A DNA stretch of 64,000 nt from Pseudomonadota bacterium (GCA_018362935.1 JAHALQ010000007.1:512-64511); one strand, 5' to 3'; counted from the stretch's first letter, positions 19,918 to 29,248 are shown. Made by a program: numbers and translations. Notes: generated from the letters alone by a model not told the origin.

Positions 19918-21284
19918 TACGGAGCGGGTTTCGTTTTGTTTTTTGGTGCGCAGGTTTCCTTAAGGCTTTTTTCGTCTGCCATGCGAAGTTTCTTGTTTTT
20001 CTTGATGATTTCCGCAATGACTTCAGGCAGGTTCACAATGCGGTTTTTGGTAAAGCGCAGAATTTCGACCTGATTTTCCGCGCCGCAGATAAAGTCTTTG
20101 ATGCGGATGCCGTGACGGATGTCGGACTTGATTGTCAGAATAATATCTGTATTTTCAATATCCAGTCTGATGTCCTGGGGATTAATATGCCCGCTGAAAT
20201 AAATCGTGTCTTTGCCGCCTTTTTCGATAATCGTGTCAAAACCGTCATACAATCGGTAGAGATAGACATCATCTCCCGTGCCGCCGACAATGGTGTCGTT
20301 ATAATCGCGGGCAAAAAAGATGTTGTTTTCTGTGGAGGGGCGCAAAACATCTGCTTTTCCGGTTCCGCCGGTGACCATTTTTCCAAAATCGCGAAGATTG
20401 ATATCCGGGATAATCCCGTTAAGTTTTTTGACTCTTTTACGAATTTGGGCGGCGTCTTCATCCATTGAAATTATACTGTTCATTTCTTCCAGCCATAGCA
20501 TGGTTTCAATCCGGCCGTAATCCTGATAAAATTGTTTGATGACTTTATCAAGGCTGTCGGCGTCGGACAAATCGACATTGAGGCTTGCAGACAATATATT
20601 GCGGGCTGCTTTGTCCGTATCAAACATCAAAATTGTCGAAAGCAGGCTGTTCTGTTCAAACGAGCTTTGGTAGAAGCGGACGCTTGCGCTGCTGTGAAAA
20701 AACAGCAGTTTGCCGGCATAAGACGACGCGTCTTTATATGCATCCAGCAGGAAAGGCGCCGAAGCGATGTGCGGCGCCGTGGTAACGTCTTTGCCGGTGT
20801 GCGTGCCGCGGTAAGACTCGTTTAAAACTTTTTCCAGAAACGCCAGTCTGCGGGCATCGCCGATATAATTGACGCCGTCTTCTGACTTGCGGGAATCCGG
20901 CTTGATTTTTTCCACACCGGCCCAGCGGAACAAGATGTCATCAAGCAAGGCCAAACGCTGCATGTATTCCGGCTCTTCAATAAAATCTGAAACGGCTCTG
21001 CCCAGACCGTTCGGGTCTTTTTGCATGGCAGAGCGCAGCTCGGGAAGTCCGGCAAAGTTTATGGCATTGCGCATCGGCATAGCGGTCAGCCGCGGCGAAA
21101 ATTCCTGCGGTTTGCCGATAAATCGGGCAGGAATTGCAAAACCGGCCTTCTGCCGCGGCGGGACAGAGAACGGCACGGCCGGCCGCAGCGGCATGAAGTA
21201 CATCCGATACAAATCATAACTTATGTATCCGCCGACAATAAGGACAACGCTGATAAGAATGATTTTCCAGTCTTTTTTAGTCAT
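19914..21284 (-). CDS. membrane-anchored protein with RTX-type calcium-binding repeats
   Basis: N-terminal TM segment, plus GGTGKAD...GGTGDDVYLY...GGKDTIYF nonapeptide-like repeats near the C-terminus. Confidence 0.55.
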   Translation of the reverse strand: MTKKDWKIILISVVLIVGGYISYDLYRMYFMPLRPAVPFSVPPRQKAGFAIPARFIGKPQEFSPRLTAMPMRNAINFAGLPELRSAMQKDPNGLGRAVSDFIEEPEYMQRLALLDDILFRWAGVEKIKPDSRKSEDGVNYIGDARRLAFLEKVLNESYRGTHTGKDVTTAPHIASAPFLLDAYKDASSYAGKLLFFHSSASVRFYQSSFEQNSLLSTILMFDTDKAARNILSASLNVDLSDADSLDKVIKQFYQDYGRIETMLWLEEMNSIISMDEDAAQIRKRVKKLNGIIPDINLRDFGKMVTGGTGKADVLRPSTENNIFFARDYNDTIVGGTGDDVYLYRLYDGFDTIIEKGGKDTIYFSGHINPQDIRLDIENTDIILTIKSDIRHGIRIKDFICGAENQVEILRFTKNRIVNLPEVIAEIIKKNKKLRMADEKSLKETCAPKNKTKPAPY

Positions 21285-21347
21285 GGCGGCAGCTTTCTAT
21301 AATGAAAAAGATATAGGGATTATTTCATGAATATCAGAATTTGGCAA

Positions 21348-21378
21348 TAAAAAAGCCCTCCATGCGGAGGGCTTTTTA
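21348..21378 (-). terminator. intrinsic terminator downstream of adhE
   Basis: AGCCCTCC-atgc-GGAGGGCT flanked by A and T runs. Confidence 0.85.
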
Positions 21379-21382
21379 GGTT

Positions 21383-24007
21383 TTAGATTTTGCCTTCATA
21401 GGCTTTGAGGTAAATTTCCTCGATTTCTTTAATCAGCGGATAGCGCGGATTGGCGCCGGTGCACTGGTCGTCAAAGGCCAGCTCCGACAATTCGCTCAAA
21501 CCTTCTTTAAAGGTTTTTTCATCAACGCCGGCTTCGCGGATAGACATCGGAATGCCGATTTCTTTTTTAAGCTGCTGAATGGCTTTGATGAGATTTTTAA
21601 CCTTTTCGTCGTCATTCTTGCCGCCGAGGCAGAGCATTTCGGCAATCTCGGCATAACGGCGTTTGGCCTCAGGGTAATGATACTGCGAGAAAATACCCTG
21701 TTTGGTCGGCTTGTCGCTGGCGTTGAAATCAATCACCTGGCAAATCAGCATGGCGTTGGCGACGCCGTGAGCAATGCCGTACGCGCTGCCCAGCTTATGT
21801 GCCAGCGAGTGGCAGATACCCAGAAAGGCCTGCGCAAAGCAGATGCCGGCCATGGTGGCGGCATAATGCATGTTCTCGCGCGCCTGCGGGTTGTTGGCAC
21901 CGTCATTGACCGATTTGGTCAGGTTGGCGAATATCATCTGTATCGCTTCTTTGGCAATACCCTGAGTGAACGGCGTGGCCAAAATGGAAACATAGGCTTC
22001 CAGCGCATGGGTCAGAGAGTCGATGCCCGAAGCCGCCGCCAGGCCGCGCGGCATGGTTTTGACCAAATCCGGGTCGATAATCGCCATGTTCGGGGTCAGG
22101 GCATAGTCGGCAATTGGATATTTGATGTGGGTATCCGAATCGGTAATGACTGCAAAAGGCGTGACTTCCGATCCGGTGCCGGAAGTGGTCGGAATGGCGA
22201 CCATCGTTGCCTTTGAGCCTAAATCCGGGAAAGTGCAGATACGTTTGCGGATATCCATAAAGCGCATGGCGAGGTCATGGAACGAAACTTCGGGATGTTC
22301 ATACATCAGCCAGACGATTTTGGCCGCGTCCATCGGCGAGCCGCCGCCCAGCGCGATAATCACGTCGGGTTCGAGGTTGCGGACAATTTTGAGCGCGTTT
22401 TCAATTGTCGCAGTGTCGGGGTCGGGGTTGACGTTGGAGAAAATCTGATAGGCGATATCGAGTTCCTCAAGCACGCTGGTGATTTTGTCGGTATAGCCCA
22501 GGCCAAACAACGGTTTGTCGGTGATGATAAAGGCTTTCTTCTTGCCTTTAAGCTCGCGCAGGGCAAAACCGGTCGCGCCCTGTTTGAAATAAATTTTGGG
22601 CGGTACTCTGAACCACAGCATGTTTTCTCTTCTTTCGGCGACTGTTTTGATGTTAACCAAATGTTTTACTCCTACGTTTTCGCTGGCCGCATTTCCGCCC
22701 CATGAGCCGCAGCCCAGCGTGAGGGAAGGGTCCAGCCTGAAATTGTACAAATCTCCGATACCGCCCTGCGAAGACGGGGTGTTAATCAGGATACGCCCGG
22801 TATCCAGCTGGCTGCTGAAATATTTGATGCGGTCCTGATTATGTTCGGCGGTGTATAAAACCGAAGTGTGCCCGCGTCCGGCAAAATGTACCAGCTCGGC
22901 GGCGTCGGAAACGGCGTCTTCAAACGAAGACGTCTTATACATGGCCAAAACCGGAGAAAGTTTTTCAAAAGAGAAGGGCTCTTCGGGGCCGATTTTGCAG
23001 ACTTCGCCGATTAAGACTTTGGTTTCCGCAGGAACTTTTATTCCGGCGAGTTCGGCAATTCTGCAGGCCGGCTGCCCGACAATGGCGGAATTGAGTTTGC
23101 CGTCCTGAATGATGGTTTGGGCAACTTTTTCTTTTTCTTTTTTATTGAGGATATATGCGCCGCGGTAAGCGAATTCTTCTTTAACGGCGTCGTAAACATC
23201 CTTGTGGACGATAACCGACTGTTCGGAAGCGCAAATCATGCCGTTGTCAAAAGTTTTGCTCATCAGTACTGAGCTGACGGCCATCTTGATGTCGGTGGTT
23301 TCATCAATAATTGCGGGTGTGTTGCCGGCGCCGACGCCAAGAGCCGGTTTTCCGGAGCTGTATGCCGCCTTGACCATGCCGGGGCCGCCGGTAGCAAGAA
23401 TCATGGCAATGCCTTCGTGTCCCATAAGGTGCTGGGTCAAATCAATGGAGGGTTCGTCAATCCAGCCGATGATGTGTTCGGGCGCGCCGGCTTTGACGGC
23501 GGCGTCCAAAAGCAGTTTGGCCGTGTATACGGTCGATTTTTTGGCACGGGGATGAGGTGAAAAAATGATGCCGTTGCGGGTTTTGAGCGCAATCAGGGTT
23601 TTGAAAATGGTCGTTGATGTCGGGTTGGTTGTCGGGATGACGCCGGCTATGACGCCAATCGGTTCGGCGACTTTGGTATAGCCGTTGGTCGCATCGTGCT
23701 CAATAACGCCGCAGGTGCGGGCATCGCGGTATTTGTTATAGATTTCTTCGGCGGCAAAATGGTTTTTTATGACTTTGTCTTCAACAATGCCCATGCCGGT
23801 TTCTTCCACCGCCATTTTGGCAAGCGGAATGCGGGCGTCGTTGGCAGCCAGCGCGACAGCTGCAAAAATTTTGTCGACTTGTTCCTGCGAATAGGCGGCA
23901 AAAACTTCCTGCGCGGTTTTAACGCGGTCGATTACAACGTTCAAATCATCAATTGTCGAGGTTTCCCCATACGTTTCGGCTTGCGGGCCTTCTTTTTTCA
24001 GTTTCAT
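21383..24007 (-). CDS. adhE: bifunctional acetaldehyde-CoA/alcohol dehydrogenase AdhE
   Basis: About 874 aa with an N-terminal aldehyde dehydrogenase half and a C-terminal Fe-ADH half (GGGSPMDAAK, histidine-rich metal site). The start is at MKLKK after AGGAGATG. Confidence 0.93.
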   Translation of the reverse strand: MKLKKEGPQAETYGETSTIDDLNVVIDRVKTAQEVFAAYSQEQVDKIFAAVALAANDARIPLAKMAVEETGMGIVEDKVIKNHFAAEEIYNKYRDARTCGVIEHDATNGYTKVAEPIGVIAGVIPTTNPTSTTIFKTLIALKTRNGIIFSPHPRAKKSTVYTAKLLLDAAVKAGAPEHIIGWIDEPSIDLTQHLMGHEGIAMILATGGPGMVKAAYSSGKPALGVGAGNTPAIIDETTDIKMAVSSVLMSKTFDNGMICASEQSVIVHKDVYDAVKEEFAYRGAYILNKKEKEKVAQTIIQDGKLNSAIVGQPACRIAELAGIKVPAETKVLIGEVCKIGPEEPFSFEKLSPVLAMYKTSSFEDAVSDAAELVHFAGRGHTSVLYTAEHNQDRIKYFSSQLDTGRILINTPSSQGGIGDLYNFRLDPSLTLGCGSWGGNAASENVGVKHLVNIKTVAERRENMLWFRVPPKIYFKQGATGFALRELKGKKKAFIITDKPLFGLGYTDKITSVLEELDIAYQIFSNVNPDPDTATIENALKIVRNLEPDVIIALGGGSPMDAAKIVWLMYEHPEVSFHDLAMRFMDIRKRICTFPDLGSKATMVAIPTTSGTGSEVTPFAVITDSDTHIKYPIADYALTPNMAIIDPDLVKTMPRGLAAASGIDSLTHALEAYVSILATPFTQGIAKEAIQMIFANLTKSVNDGANNPQARENMHYAATMAGICFAQAFLGICHSLAHKLGSAYGIAHGVANAMLICQVIDFNASDKPTKQGIFSQYHYPEAKRRYAEIAEMLCLGGKNDDEKVKNLIKAIQQLKKEIGIPMSIREAGVDEKTFKEGLSELSELAFDDQCTGANPRYPLIKEIEEIYLKAYEGKI

Positions 24008-24091
24008 ATTTTCATCTCCTAAATGTGCCCGAATCAGCCGGGGCACAAAACATTACTACCCTATCATGAAAATACAAAAGAATGGTTAATA

Positions 24092-24541
24092 TCAACGATT
24101 GCGGCGGTTTTTTCGGCGCTCGATGCGTTCCTGGATTTTTTTGGCACGGCGGTCGGCGCGTTCTTTGGCTTTTTTCTGGAAGCGGGTCAGATTTTCCTGT
24201 TCGACGACCGCGTTTTGCTTTTGTTCTTCGACTTTGTCGATTTCTTCTTCTATGGCTTCTTTCTGGAAGCGCGAAGCCCTTTCGCGGCGTTCTTCGATTT
24301 TTTCCTGTTCTTTGCGGGCGCGTTCTTCGGCGCGTTCAATCGCTTTTCTGCGTATCCGTGTGTCGGCGTTTTTTTTCTGTTCTTCAAAAGCCTGTTCGCG
24401 GGCGAGGCGCTTTTGTTCCTTGGCGGTGAGAATTTGTTCTTCAACGCTGGCGCCGGTGAGCGAAACGGCTTCTTCGGCATGCAGCATTAACGGAGCCAGC
24501 GCGGCGGTTGCCGCCATTATTCCGCAGAAATAAATTTTCAT
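24092..24541 (-). CDS. secreted, highly charged Glu/Lys/Arg-rich repeat protein
   Basis: GGAGG RBS, signal peptide MKIYFCGIMAATAALAPLMLHA, then KE/RE-rich coiled sequence with RFQK repeats. Only the last 150 codons of the 332-aa ORF-track model look genuine. Confidence 0.55.
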   Translation of the reverse strand: MKIYFCGIMAATAALAPLMLHAEEAVSLTGASVEEQILTAKEQKRLAREQAFEEQKKNADTRIRRKAIERAEERARKEQEKIEERRERASRFQKEAIEEEIDKVEEQKQNAVVEQENLTRFQKKAKERADRRAKKIQERIERRKNRRNR

Positions 24542-24609
24542 TTTTACCTCCTTGACAGGAAAAACAAACACTTTGTTATATATAAACCAATTTTTTGCGA
24601 ACAACAAGT

Positions 24610-24973
24610 TGACTATTGGGCGGCTGGTGATAAAGTGCATAAAAAATAAGAAACCCTGGCGCATCACTGGGAATTTCCTGGCGGCAAGCAGGAAGAGGGG
24701 GAAACCCTGCCGCAGGCGCTCCGCCGCGAATTGCGCGAGGAGCTGAATATTGAAGCCGTCGTCGGTGATTTTTTTATGCAGTCGGTTTATGATTATGATT
24801 TCGGACAAATTCAAATGAACTGTTTTTGGGTCAGGCTGCGCGACGAAAACGGCGAAGTCCGTTCCAATGAGCATGAAGAAACGGCATGGGTTACTCCGGC
24901 GGAATTGAAGAATTACCGTTTTGCGCCGGCTGACATTCCGGTTGTCGAAGCTTTGAGCAAAATAAATCTCTAA
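24610..24973 (+). pseudogene. NUDIX (MutT-like) hydrolase, frameshifted or N-terminally eroded
   Basis: An intact NUDIX box, WEFPGGKQEEGETLPQALRRELREELNIE, and C-terminus lie in one frame, but a TAA at 24647 closes that frame 7 codons upstream of the box. The MutT-like N-terminal beta strand (LVIKCIKNKK) is in another frame. Confidence 0.5.
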
Positions 24974-25029
24974 TATTGAAAATCCGAATATACCGATTAT
25001 ATCCCGTTTGAGAAGAAAGCGGGGGTAAG

Positions 25030-26280
25030 ATGAAATATCGTCTGGCGGTGTTGATTTTTTTAGCTGCGGCATTAAGCGGATGCGCTTCATTTCGCCGTAA
25101 TCTGGTTAATCTGGTGGTCGATGCCAAAGAAAAGCCTTTGACGCGCTGCGAAATCAGCGGCTTTGAGTATCAGGGGCTGGCGGACAAGGTCGAGCGCAAG
25201 CCGGTTTTGAAAGTGTTGATGGTACACGGCGTGGGGACGCATTATCCCGGCTATTCCGCGCGGCTGCAGGAAAATCTGGCAAAACAGATGAAGCTTGAAG
25301 TAAGTTCACAGCTGCCCAAAAACATCAGCCTTCTGGATCCGCAAGACCATAAAACTTATCTTGGGAATCTGCGCATTACCTATTGGCAGAATCGCGACAA
25401 GACCAAAAATATGCTGTTTTACGAACTGACGTGGTCGCCGATTACAACTCCGGAAAAACAGATTATCGCTTTTGACACAACCGAACAGTATACCAAATTC
25501 CGGGTGCCGTTTAACAATGAGATGAAGATATTTTTGGACAATACGCTGCCGGATCCGATGTTTTATCTGGTTGACAAGCGCGATTTGATCTTAAATTCCA
25601 GCAAGCAGTCGATTTGCTGGATGCTCAAGACCGACTGGGACAATATTCCCAATAACCAGGAGTTGAGCTGTTATTTAAGCCCCCGACAGGAAATACGCGG
25701 ACTGGCTGACCAAAATCTCGGCTTTATCACCCACAGCCTCGGCAGCGAGATTGTTATGGACGCTCTGTTGAATATCTCGGAACAGGTATCGCGGGCAGAG
25801 GCGAAGGAAAATATTGCCAAACTGCAAAACAAAGAACTGACGGTCTTTATGCTGGCGAACCAGCTGCCGATTCTGGCCATCGGGCGCCCGCTGCCGAAAG
25901 TGCACGGACAGATTGATTCATACTGTACGCCGGGCGGAAAGAATTACCGGCGGCGGATTTTCAAAGCGGTCAACGTTGTGGCTTTTTCCGATCCCAACGA
26001 TTTGCTCAGTTATGCGATTCCGCAGGGATTTGTAAACGAATATATCGACTCGCGCATCTGCCCGCAGGTGACCAATGTTTCGGTCAATGTAGCGCCGGAG
26101 ATTATGGCGTTCGGCCTGGGTTTTGTCAATCCGGTTGACGCACATACCGCTTATGACAACAGTAAAAAGGTGATTAATCTGATTACGCACGGAACCACGG
26201 ATTTTGACGCGGATAAATTTTTGGAAGAAAAATGCTATTTTGTCGAACTTAAAAAAGACCGCAATATGAATCGGCGTTGA
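25030..26280 (+). CDS. lipoprotein, putative alpha/beta-fold esterase/lipase
   Basis: Lipobox LSGC, a GxSxG-like nucleophile elbow (THSLGSE) and a VLMVHGVG oxyanion-like segment. Confidence 0.5.
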   Translation: MKYRLAVLIFLAAALSGCASFRRNLVNLVVDAKEKPLTRCEISGFEYQGLADKVERKPVLKVLMVHGVGTHYPGYSARLQENLAKQMKLEVSSQLPKNISLLDPQDHKTYLGNLRITYWQNRDKTKNMLFYELTWSPITTPEKQIIAFDTTEQYTKFRVPFNNEMKIFLDNTLPDPMFYLVDKRDLILNSSKQSICWMLKTDWDNIPNNQELSCYLSPRQEIRGLADQNLGFITHSLGSEIVMDALLNISEQVSRAEAKENIAKLQNKELTVFMLANQLPILAIGRPLPKVHGQIDSYCTPGGKNYRRRIFKAVNVVAFSDPNDLLSYAIPQGFVNEYIDSRICPQVTNVSVNVAPEIMAFGLGFVNPVDAHTAYDNSKKVINLITHGTTDFDADKFLEEKCYFVELKKDRNMNRR

Positions 26281-26348
26281 GCCTTGATTTTGCAAATTTG
26301 GCGATTACATCGGAAACGTTATATTAAATTTTGAGGAAGGAAACAAAT

Positions 26349-26654
26349 ATGAAAAAATACGTGTTCGGATTGGCAGTACTGTTGGCGGCAGCCGGCTGTA
26401 CAAATTCGGTCGAAGTTAAAAACGAGCTTGAATACAAGTGCGGCAGCCAGGTTATCCGGAGCGAAGTTCTGGACGACAATTCAATGATTGTTCACATGAA
26501 CGGCGTCAATTATGTTTTGACAAGGGTCGCATATCCGGACGGAACGCGTTATGAAAATCTGGTTTCGCGGGTTTCTCTGACCGCAACAGACGGCGGTACT
26601 TATCTTGCTGTCAACGGCGTTAACTATCCGATGTGCGAAGAAATTATGCGCTAG
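26349..26654 (+). CDS. small lipoprotein, MliC-like (lysozyme-inhibitor fold) candidate
   Basis: Lipobox AAGC. About 100 aa, with Cys residues near both ends and a central GTRYEN pattern recalled from the MliC family. Confidence 0.4.
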   Translation: MKKYVFGLAVLLAAAGCTNSVEVKNELEYKCGSQVIRSEVLDDNSMIVHMNGVNYVLTRVAYPDGTRYENLVSRVSLTATDGGTYLAVNGVNYPMCEEIMR

Positions 26655-26740
26655 TTTTTGCGGTCCGGCAGCATAGCCGTTATTTATTGCCATAAAAACA
26701 AATTCGTACTACAATATGACAATAAACAGGAGAATGGCTA

Positions 26741-27460
26741 ATGCTGCCGACGACCGAAAAATATCGTTATGTGACGGAAGGCAATCAGGAGCGCGCCGTC
26801 GCGCTGGAAAAGGATCAGCGCATCTATGCACAAGCGGTTGACCTGCACGGCAGCGTTGATGAAAAAGCGGTTGCCGAACTTGAAAAAACGCTTGCCCCGT
26901 TATTGGAAAAACAAACCGCGCTGCTGAAAAGCGGGCGGGTTCCGGACGCCAGAAAAATTGAGGCTGAAATCAGTGTCCGGCTAAAAGAAACAGCTCCCGA
27001 CACTGTCAAAAAACTGCTGCCGGACAATGCTGACCAAGACGGCCGCGACGCGCGAAAAATTTTGTCTTATGTTGTGGCGACGGCGCTGGTCAATTATGTC
27101 AACAAAGACATTTATGACGGCGTTTCGCATGAAACGGACAAAGACGGCAATACGCGCCTGCGGGAATTGGAACCGTGGGAAAAAACTTTTAAGAATTATC
27201 TGCTTTATTCGCTGAATCGGGCGGCTGACGGTTATCTGCCGGAAGAAGAGCGTCCCAGACCGCCGGAAAGGAACGGCGACCAGGTCTTGCGCAGCGTACA
27301 GGAAGAAAAAATCAAAAACGACGCGGTAATCCGCAAGAATTTCAGCAATCCGAAAAATCGGAAGAAAGCCATGAAAACGGCCGAGAAAAAAGGTCGCCCG
27401 CTGACTGAAAAAGAAATTAAGGTCATGAAACTAAAAGCTGCCGGCGGTCAGGGCAAATAA
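26741..27460 (+). CDS. hypothetical protein (charged, no signal peptide)
   Basis: Long ORF with coding-like composition that is followed by a terminator. No family was recognised. Confidence 0.5.
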   Translation: MLPTTEKYRYVTEGNQERAVALEKDQRIYAQAVDLHGSVDEKAVAELEKTLAPLLEKQTALLKSGRVPDARKIEAEISVRLKETAPDTVKKLLPDNADQDGRDARKILSYVVATALVNYVNKDIYDGVSHETDKDGNTRLRELEPWEKTFKNYLLYSLNRAADGYLPEEERPRPPERNGDQVLRSVQEEKIKNDAVIRKNFSNPKNRKKAMKTAEKKGRPLTEKEIKVMKLKAAGGQGK

Positions 27461-27490
27461 AAAAGCGTTACTTGAAGTAACGCTTTTTTA
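27460..27490. terminator. bidirectional intrinsic terminator
   Basis: AAAAA-GCGTTACT-tga-AGTAACGC-TTTTTT. Confidence 0.8.
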
Positions 27491-27666
27491 TTTTCCGACA
27501 GATTGCTTAATTCTTCCATATAGCGGCAACGCCCGAAAGGCAAACCACCCGGTCTTTGGTCAGTTTTCTGTTTGATGCTTTTTGCAGAGCCGGCAGCAAT
27601 TCCTCGGGAGCGTCATGCTGTATTTCAGGCCGTTCCATGTCCGTGAACATTTTCGTAATAAGGTAG

Positions 27667-27939
27667 TCAGTCGTCGAAGCGGTCAAACAGCATTTTAAGC
27701 TCTTCAATTTTTTTGTCTTTGTCCGCATCGGTAAAAGACTGAGCAACGCAGTGCTGCAAATGCTTTTTGAGAATATTGGATTCGACGGCTTTGACAGCGG
27801 AGCGGACAGCGCGCAGCTGGGTGATGATGTCGGGGCAATAGCGTCCGTCTTCAATCATCTTCTTCACGCCTTCAATCTGGCCGCTGATACGGTTGAGCCG
27901 CGGCATATTTTCCATATGGCAGGGGGCGTTGTCGGTCAT
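27667..27939 (-). CDS. csoR: CsoR/RcnR-family metal-sensing repressor (CsoR-type C-H-C ligand pattern)
   Basis: RLNRISGQIEGVKKMIEDGRYCPDIITQLRAVRSAVKAVESNILKKHLQHC. Cys in YC plus H-x3-C gives the Cu(I)-CsoR fingerprint. The start is at MTDN (ATG 27939). Confidence 0.8.
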   Translation of the reverse strand: MTDNAPCHMENMPRLNRISGQIEGVKKMIEDGRYCPDIITQLRAVRSAVKAVESNILKKHLQHCVAQSFTDADKDKKIEELKMLFDRFDD

Positions 27940-27952
27940 AAGGGTATCCGCC

Positions 27953-28066
27953 TTACTTGCTGCCGGAACATTTGTCGCCGCAATGGCAGTTGGTGCCGTC
28001 ACATTGGCAGTTGTCTCCGCACTGGCAGTCTTCACAAGTGCATTTGGGATTGTTGCATTTAGACAT
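27953..28066 (-). CDS. 37-aa cysteine-rich metallothionein-like peptide (not in ORF track)
   Basis: Hand translation gives MSKCNNPKCTCEDCQCGDNCQCDGTNCHCGDKCSGSK, with 10 Cys. AAAGGAG lies 7 nt upstream of the ATG, and csoR starts 13 nt after the stop. Confidence 0.7.
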   Translation of the reverse strand: MSKCNNPKCTCEDCQCGDNCQCDGTNCHCGDKCSGSK

Positions 28067-28110
28067 TGTAAACTCCTTTTAATTTGATTATACCTCGCAT
28101 CTGTATTCTA

Positions 28111-28139
28111 TTAATATACCACATGGGGGTATGTGTCAA
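28111..28139 (-). promoter_or_regulatory. sigma70 promoter with embedded CsoR-type operator
   Basis: The minus strand reads TTGACA-catacccccatgtggta-TATTAA. The 17-nt spacer holds the dyad ATACC-N7-GGTAT within ATATACCACATGGGGGTAT. Confidence 0.65.
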
Positions 28140-28277
28140 GCCGTTTATTGTGCAAATTGTACGGCAATACGTTTTATGGTTGACAAATAATACGGTTATG
28201 TTTAACTAAAAACAGTTTTTTTTATATTTAATTCATCTTATTGACCTTAATCTAATTGATTTTATATCTAAATTTTT

Positions 28278-29123
28278 ATGTCAACACAAAAATTGATTCA
28301 CGTTCCGTACGTGAAAACCCAAGCAGAAGAGGTTTCTCTTCTTGAGACCGGCAGTTTTTCTGCCCAAAGGCAATATATCCTCTGGTATGGTTTCCAATCC
28401 CGGCAGGGACAGATTATGTTCGCAGACAGCGGTTTTAGCGAGCTTATCCGCATGCAAAATCTTTTTTACGGTCAGTGGTGGTTTTCCGAGGCAAGACAGA
28501 TACTTTGCCGGCGCGGATTGCTTTCGCCGTTGTCTGAGGAAGACGAGCAACAGCAGAGACGCGCATTTAAAAACTGGCTGTACAACTGTCTGCATGCGCC
28601 CCGCGGCAACGAAGCCGCTTATGGCAGGATGCAGTTCTACGGTATGGCTGGCGATGTGATGTTCCCCCCCGCTGTCAGCGAAGAAGAACAGCTGCGGTGG
28701 CTGGATGAGAAAAACATCGAGAAGATATCTTCTTATACCGGCCGCTGGAAAGGAAAAGCCGCCGTTAGGTTTCTGCAAGAAGCGCCGGAAGAATCCGTAT
28801 TTTTTCAGCTCCACTACCGGTTGCTTAAAAGGCCGGAAGAGCAATACGCTCTGGCGCAGCGCGACATCAGCAACGGGGAAAACAATCTGATTTGGTTTTA
28901 TTTTTCCAGTTACAGAGCGTTTCCCGAGGTTCAGGCTCTGCTTCGCGATTATGATGCGAACCTGTGGCGCCGGATGGTTATGGTTAATTACGGCTGGGAT
29001 TTTGAATTTGAGCGCAAATTCGGCAGCCTTAAAGCTTGGCAGGAAAAATTGTCAGAAAATTATTCGATGCTGGCGCATTGCCCGATTGAGGATATCCGGC
29101 AGTTGCTGCACGGCATAGAGTAA
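28278..29123 (+). CDS. hypothetical Trp-rich protein
   Basis: 281-aa ORF followed by a strong terminator. No family was recognised. Confidence 0.5.
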   Translation: MSTQKLIHVPYVKTQAEEVSLLETGSFSAQRQYILWYGFQSRQGQIMFADSGFSELIRMQNLFYGQWWFSEARQILCRRGLLSPLSEEDEQQQRRAFKNWLYNCLHAPRGNEAAYGRMQFYGMAGDVMFPPAVSEEEQLRWLDEKNIEKISSYTGRWKGKAAVRFLQEAPEESVFFQLHYRLLKRPEEQYALAQRDISNGENNLIWFYFSSYRAFPEVQALLRDYDANLWRRMVMVNYGWDFEFERKFGSLKAWQEKLSENYSMLAHCPIEDIRQLLHGIE

Positions 29124-29132
29124 TACGTACCG

Positions 29133-29166
29133 CAGCCTTATAGTCTAATGACTATAAGGCTGTTTT
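29133..29166 (+). terminator. intrinsic terminator
   Basis: A 13-bp stem, CAGCCTTATAGTC-taat-GACTATAAGGCTG, followed by TTTT. Confidence 0.85.
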
Positions 29167-29248
29167 AATAAGTATAAGAAAAACTTGTGTTTGGGATACA
29201 GATGTCGTATTGTATGCATAATTGTAACGATACTGAAGATTGGGCGGC

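Noticed and set aside
24542-25090. The upstream two-thirds of the 332-aa minus-strand ORF 24092-25090.
   Set aside because: It runs antisense through the NUDIX remnant and the start of the lipoprotein gene. A GGAGG RBS and a signal peptide define a 150-aa product starting at 24541.
27507-27854. A 115-aa minus-strand ORF overlapping csoR, including a possible 49-aa tail ORF (MFTDMERPEIQH...AAIWKN, 27507-27656) downstream of csoR.
   Set aside because: The upstream part is out of frame with the clearly recognisable CsoR sequence. The 49-aa tail has no RBS and no recognisable family, so it is left uncalled.
27940-28035. The N-terminal 32 codons of the ORF-track CsoR model (MKTASAETTANVTAPTAIAATNVPAASKADTL).
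   Set aside because: This is an out-of-frame read of the metallothionein-like gene. Its Ala/Thr-rich sequence is the frame-shifted image of Cys codons. CsoR homology starts at MTDN.
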